A stretch of 64,000 nt of DNA, from NCBI GenBank assembly GCA_028865545.1, contig JAGWJY010000006.1, positions 31,932 to 95,931 on the forward strand, written 5' to 3'. Position numbers and translations under genes: made by a program. The notes under the pieces were generated by a model. That model was not told the DNA's origin. It was given only the letters and a program-made list of their open reading frames with translations, and ran no database searches. Positions 60,027 to 64,000 of this stretch are shown piece after piece (within the stretch, counting starts at the first letter, position 1; each line of letters opens with the position of its first letter). This stretch comes from Alphaproteobacteria bacterium (GTDB lineage: Bacteria; Pseudomonadota; Alphaproteobacteria; Micropepsales; Micropepsaceae).

Positions 60027-61835
60027 TCAGCGCGAGGCGCCTTCAATCTCTTCGCGCAGCAGTTCCAGTTCCAGCCAGCGATCCTCGCAGGCCGCACGTT
60101 CCGCCTCAACGGCCACAAGCTTCTCGGAAAGCATGCGCGCCTTATTCGGATCGTGCGTATAAAGCGTGCCGTTCGACAGATCGTTGTGCAGGCCGGCGAT
60201 GATCTTTTCCAGCTGCGCGATCTTCGCCGGCAGGGTCTCCAGCGCATGCTTGTCGGTGAAGGTTAGTTTGCGGCGCGGCGCAGCAGCCTTCCGGCGCTCT
60301 TTCGTGGCCTTGCCATCTTCTTTGGCGCCCGCCTTTGGCGCTGCATCCTCGCCGCGCTGCGCCGCCATATCGCTGTAGCCGCCGGCATATTCGGTGAAGC
60401 TTCCGTCGCCTTCGGCCATCAGCACCGCAGTGACCGTGCGATCGAGGAAGTCGCGGTCATGGCTGACCAACAGCACGGTACCTGGATAATCGTCGATCAT
60501 CTCTTCCAGCAGATCGAGAGTCTCTAAATCGAGATCGTTGGTTGGCTCGTCCAGCACCAGCAGATTGGCAGGCTTTGCCAACGCCTTGGCCAGCAGAAGA
60601 CGGGCGCGCTCACCACCCGACAGCACGTGGACCGGGGTCCTCGCTTGCTCAGGGGTGAAGAGAAAATCCTTCATGTAGCTGACGACATGGCGCGATTGGC
60701 CGCCGACCTCGACCTTGTCGCCGACGCCGCCGGTAAGCACGGAGGCCAGCGTCGTCTCGTGGTCGAGCAAGCTGCGCGTCTGATCGAGCGTGGCGAGCGA
60801 CAGATTGGTGCCGAGGATCACCTCGCCCGTATCCGGCTTCAGCCGCCCGGTAAGCAGATTGATCAGCGTGGTCTTGCCCGCGCCGTTCGGTCCGACGACG
60901 CCGATGCGATCGCCGCGCAGGATGCGGATGGAAAAATCAGACACCACTGGTTTGTCGCCGTAAGCCTTGGCGATGTTCTTCGCTTCGATGACGCGCGTAC
61001 CCGCGCCGCCCGCTTCGGTGACCGTCATCTTCACCTGCCCCATCTGCTGACGCGCCTCGCGCCGGGCGCGGCGCATCTCGCCCAGTTCCGCCATGCGCCG
61101 GACGTTGCGCTTGCGCCGGGCGGTGACGCCGTAGCGAACCCAATGCTCCTCGGCGGCGATCTTGCGGTCCTGCTTGTGGCGCTCGCGCTCTTCTTCTTCC
61201 AGCAACTGATCGCGCCAGGCCTCGTAGGCGGCAAAACCCTGATCCAGGCGATAGGTGCGGCCGCGATCCAGCCAGACGGTGCCGCGCGAGAGATTCTGCA
61301 GGAAGCGGCGGTCATGGCTGATGAGGACCAGCGCACCTTTCATCTGCATTAACTCGGACTCCAGCCAGAGAATGGCCGGCAGATCGAGATGATTGGTCGG
61401 TTCGTCGAGCAGCAGGATATCGGGCTTGGGAGCAAGCACCCGAGCCAGTGCGGCCCGGCGCGCCTGACCGCCCGACAGATGCGTCACTGGCTCGGCACCG
61501 GTTAGCCCCAACTGGCCGAGCAGATAATAGGCGCGCGCCGGATCGTCGCCCGGCATAAGACCCGCCTCGACATAGGCATGGGTGTCGGCATAGCCGGACA
61601 AATCCGGCTCCTGCGGCAGATAGCGGATGGTGGCGCCGGGCTGGGCGAAGCGGCGGCCGCTGTCGGCTTCGGTCAATCCGGCGGCGATCTTCAGCAGCGT
61701 GGATTTGCCCGAACCGTTGCGCCCGACGATGCAGAGCCGCGCGCCCTCGTCCACGAACAGTTCGGCGCCGTCCAGCAAAGGCGTGGTGCCGATGGTGAGG
61801 CGGACATCCTGAAGGGTGAGAAGCGGCGTGGCCAT
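60027..61835 (-). CDS. uup: ABC-F family ATPase Uup
   Basis: Two ABC domains (GRNGSGKST, GPNGAGKTT, LDEPTN twice) and C-terminal coiled coil ending EDRWLELE. Confidence 0.9.
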   Translation of the reverse strand: MATPLLTLQDVRLTIGTTPLLDGAELFVDEGARLCIVGRNGSGKSTLLKIAAGLTEADSGRRFAQPGATIRYLPQEPDLSGYADTHAYVEAGLMPGDDPARAYYLLGQLGLTGAEPVTHLSGGQARRAALARVLAPKPDILLLDEPTNHLDLPAILWLESELMQMKGALVLISHDRRFLQNLSRGTVWLDRGRTYRLDQGFAAYEAWRDQLLEEEERERHKQDRKIAAEEHWVRYGVTARRKRNVRRMAELGEMRRARREARQQMGQVKMTVTEAGGAGTRVIEAKNIAKAYGDKPVVSDFSIRILRGDRIGVVGPNGAGKTTLINLLTGRLKPDTGEVILGTNLSLATLDQTRSLLDHETTLASVLTGGVGDKVEVGGQSRHVVSYMKDFLFTPEQARTPVHVLSGGERARLLLAKALAKPANLLVLDEPTNDLDLETLDLLEEMIDDYPGTVLLVSHDRDFLDRTVTAVLMAEGDGSFTEYAGGYSDMAAQRGEDAAPKAGAKEDGKATKERRKAAAPRRKLTFTDKHALETLPAKIAQLEKIIAGLHNDLSNGTLYTHDPNKARMLSEKLVAVEAERAACEDRWLELELLREEIEGASR

Positions 61836-61954
61836 GGCGATCCTGGTTTCCTGGCCGGGTCAATACATGCTTCTGCCACCCGTAGGCGATACATTTCACG
61901 TAGACCACCGACAGATGGCTAATATCTCGGTGCGATTCACATGAGGGCGCGACG

Positions 61955-62749
61955 ATGGTTCCAGTGAACGGTTTCAAGCAGGCACTGCGCGAAGGCAAAC
62001 CGCAGATCGGATTGTGGCAGGCGCTTGCCAGTCCCTATACCGCCGAGATCTGTGCCGGCGCCGGCTTCGACTGGCTGCTCCTGGATGGCGAGCACGGACC
62101 GAACGACGCCCCCATGCTGCTGTCGCAATTGCAGGCGACCGCGCCCTATGCGAGCCATCCCGTCGGACGTCCGCCGATCGGGCAGACCTGGATCATCAAG
62201 CAATATCTGGATATTGGCTTCACCACTCTGCTCATTCCACTAGTCGACACGGCAGAACAGGCCGCCGAAATGGTCAAAGCCGTCCGCTATCCGCCGCGCG
62301 GCACACGCGGCATCGGCGCCGCGCTGGTCCGCGCCGCACGTTGGAACCGCGTTCCTGGCTATCTGGACGACGCCGACGATCAGATCTGTCTGCTGCTGCA
62401 GGTCGAAACCGCCGAAGGACTGCACAACCTCGACGCCATCGCGGCCACCGACGGCGTGGACGGCGTCTTCATCGGTCCTTCCGACCTGTCGGGTTCGATG
62501 GGCCACCGCGGCAATCCCGGCCATCCGGAGGTTAGGGCGGCGATCGACAACGCCATCGGCCGCATACGACGGGCAGGCAAAGCGCCTGGCATTCTGGCGG
62601 TCGACCACACACTGGCCAAACATTACCTATCGCTGGGCTGCCTATTTGTCGCCGTCGGTACTGACGTCGGCCTGTTGGTGCGCGGAGGCAATGAGCTTCT
62701 GCAGAAGTTCAAGGATACTCCGACGCAGGAAAAATCAACCAGCTACTGA
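61955..62749 (+). CDS. HpcH/HpaI family class II aldolase
   Basis: [40 protein letters not shown]. Confidence 0.92.
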   Translation: MVPVNGFKQALREGKPQIGLWQALASPYTAEICAGAGFDWLLLDGEHGPNDAPMLLSQLQATAPYASHPVGRPPIGQTWIIKQYLDIGFTTLLIPLVDTAEQAAEMVKAVRYPPRGTRGIGAALVRAARWNRVPGYLDDADDQICLLLQVETAEGLHNLDAIAATDGVDGVFIGPSDLSGSMGHRGNPGHPEVRAAIDNAIGRIRRAGKAPGILAVDHTLAKHYLSLGCLFVAVGTDVGLLVRGGNELLQKFKDTPTQEKSTSY

Positions 62750-63075
62750 ACGTTTCCCACAGCACAACAGATAGGCGGTCGGCGACGAGACGACTGTTCT
62801 GACGGACGACTGGATTCACTCAGGGCAGGATTTGAAGTGCGCACGGGCTCTCGGCACGAGGTGAGCACGCCATCACTGCCGTCATTGAAACCATGCGGCG
62901 TGAAGTACAGACAGCCATGGCGCCCACTGGCAAAGCACGCATCACCGATGCCGACGCATCAGTGCTGCAGAGCTGGACGTTCCGCCGTATCGACGCCGAT
63001 TTCGCCTGCGTCGCCGGTGACGACATGCACGGGGAAATAACGCGGGAGATGCCGTTGCGACACCCATTCCGAAGC

Positions 63076-63090
63076 ATATGAAATTCATAT
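63076..63090. promoter_or_regulatory. Palindromic operator candidate
   Basis: ATATGAA-A-TTCATAT, 82 bp before the ATG at 63172. Confidence 0.4.
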
Positions 63091-63171
63091 AGAAATAAAT
63101 CGAGCTTGGACGGCGCACGCATCATGAGGCGGCCGGTTCGCGATTCAACGCCGAACGGCGGGAGGAATTTC

Positions 63172-64000
63172 ATGAATGGCGCGGAGAGCCTTGTCCACAC
63201 TCTGGTGAACTGCGGCGTCGACGTGTGCTTTACGAACCCCGGCACGTCGGAAATGCACTTCGTGGCCGCACTCGACCACGTCGACGGCATGCGCGCGATC
63301 CTCGCGCTATTCGAAGGCGTTGTGACGGGCGCCGCCGACGGCTATGGCCGCATGGCTGGAAAGCCCGCTGCGACGCTTCTGCATCTCGGGCCGGGACTGG
63401 CAAACGGGCTCGCGAATCTGCACAACGCACGCCGGGCAGCGACGCCCATCGTGAACATTGTAGGTGATCACGCGACATTCCACGCACAATACGACGCGCC
63501 ACTGGCGACGGATATTGCGAGCTTCGCGCGCCCCGTATCGGGTTGGATACATGCCAGCACAAGCTCCAAGACAGTCGCACCGGACGGCGCACGCGCGGTA
63601 CAAGCGGCAACGCAGGCGCCAGGGCAGATCGCAACCCTGATTCTTCCGGCGGACACCGCATGGCAGGAAGCCGACGGCCCCGCCGCGCCACTGCCCCGCG
63701 TCGAAGCGGCGCAGGTATCCTCCGCCACGGTCGACGGCGTGGCCCAGCTCCTGCGCAGCGCAAAGAAGAGCGCGATCCTTATTCGCGGCGCAGCTCTGCA
63801 ACCTCGCGGCCTCGAGGCGGCGGGACGGATTGCCGCGAAATCGGGAGCGCGATTGCTGTGCGACACCTTCGCTCCGCGGCTGTCGCGCGGCGCGGGAATC
63901 GTTGCTGTCGAGCGCATTCCCTACTTTGCCGAACAGATTGTCGAACTCCTCAAGGACCTCGATCTTCTCGTATTGGTGGGCGCCAAACCGCCGGTGTCTT
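63172..64000 (+). CDS. Acetolactate-synthase-like ThDP enzyme, truncated by window edge
   Basis: Absent from the ORF track. MNGAESLVHTLVNCGVDVCFTNPGTSEMHFVAALD..FEGVVTGAADGY..LHLGPGLANG; GGAGG SD. Confidence 0.9.
   Translation, partial: MNGAESLVHTLVNCGVDVCFTNPGTSEMHFVAALDHVDGMRAILALFEGVVTGAADGYGRMAGKPAATLLHLGPGLANGLANLHNARRAATPIVNIVGDHATFHAQYDAPLATDIASFARPVSGWIHASTSSKTVAPDGARAVQAATQAPGQIATLILPADTAWQEADGPAAPLPRVEAAQVSSATVDGVAQLLRSAKKSAILIRGAALQPRGLEAAGRIAAKSGARLLCDTFAPRLSRGAGIVAVERIPYFAEQIVELLKDLDLLVLVGAKPPVS

Overview
GC-rich alphaproteobacterial chromosome segment; a Rhizomicrobium/Micropepsales-like host is only an inference from gene order and the presence of pyruvate formate-lyase. Most of the window is conserved core synteny: ahcY-divL-tsaE-amgK-murU-addB-addA-trxA; folC-accD-trpABF-pyrF-ihfB; rpsA-cmk-aroA/TIGR02300-tRNA-Ala; ptsN-rpoN-lptBAC-kdsD-rnd; mmsAB-uup. 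This backbone is interrupted by accessory islets: (i) a ferredoxin/reductase pair between divL and tsaE; (ii) a trxA-folC islet with a REP-like palindrome, two orphan ORFs, a GNAT and a GIN-domain protein; (iii) an ihfB-rpsA islet with an orphan that aligns by eye with the one in (ii), an 888-aa Tat-exported glycoside-hydrolase-like protein and a lone Pepco-like protein; (iv) an inverted-repeat element plus a GIY-YIG pseudogene at the tRNA-Ala 3' end; (v) a four-gene LolD/FtsX/LolA-like/outer-membrane barrel export cluster with no visible cargo; (vi) a decaying ArsR/MarR/SRPBCC/VOC/GyrI cluster. No CRISPR array, rRNA, integrase or transposase was seen. Genes at both ends (pflB and an acetolactate-synthase-like gene) are cut by the window. 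All family calls are from motif recognition by eye; no database search was run.
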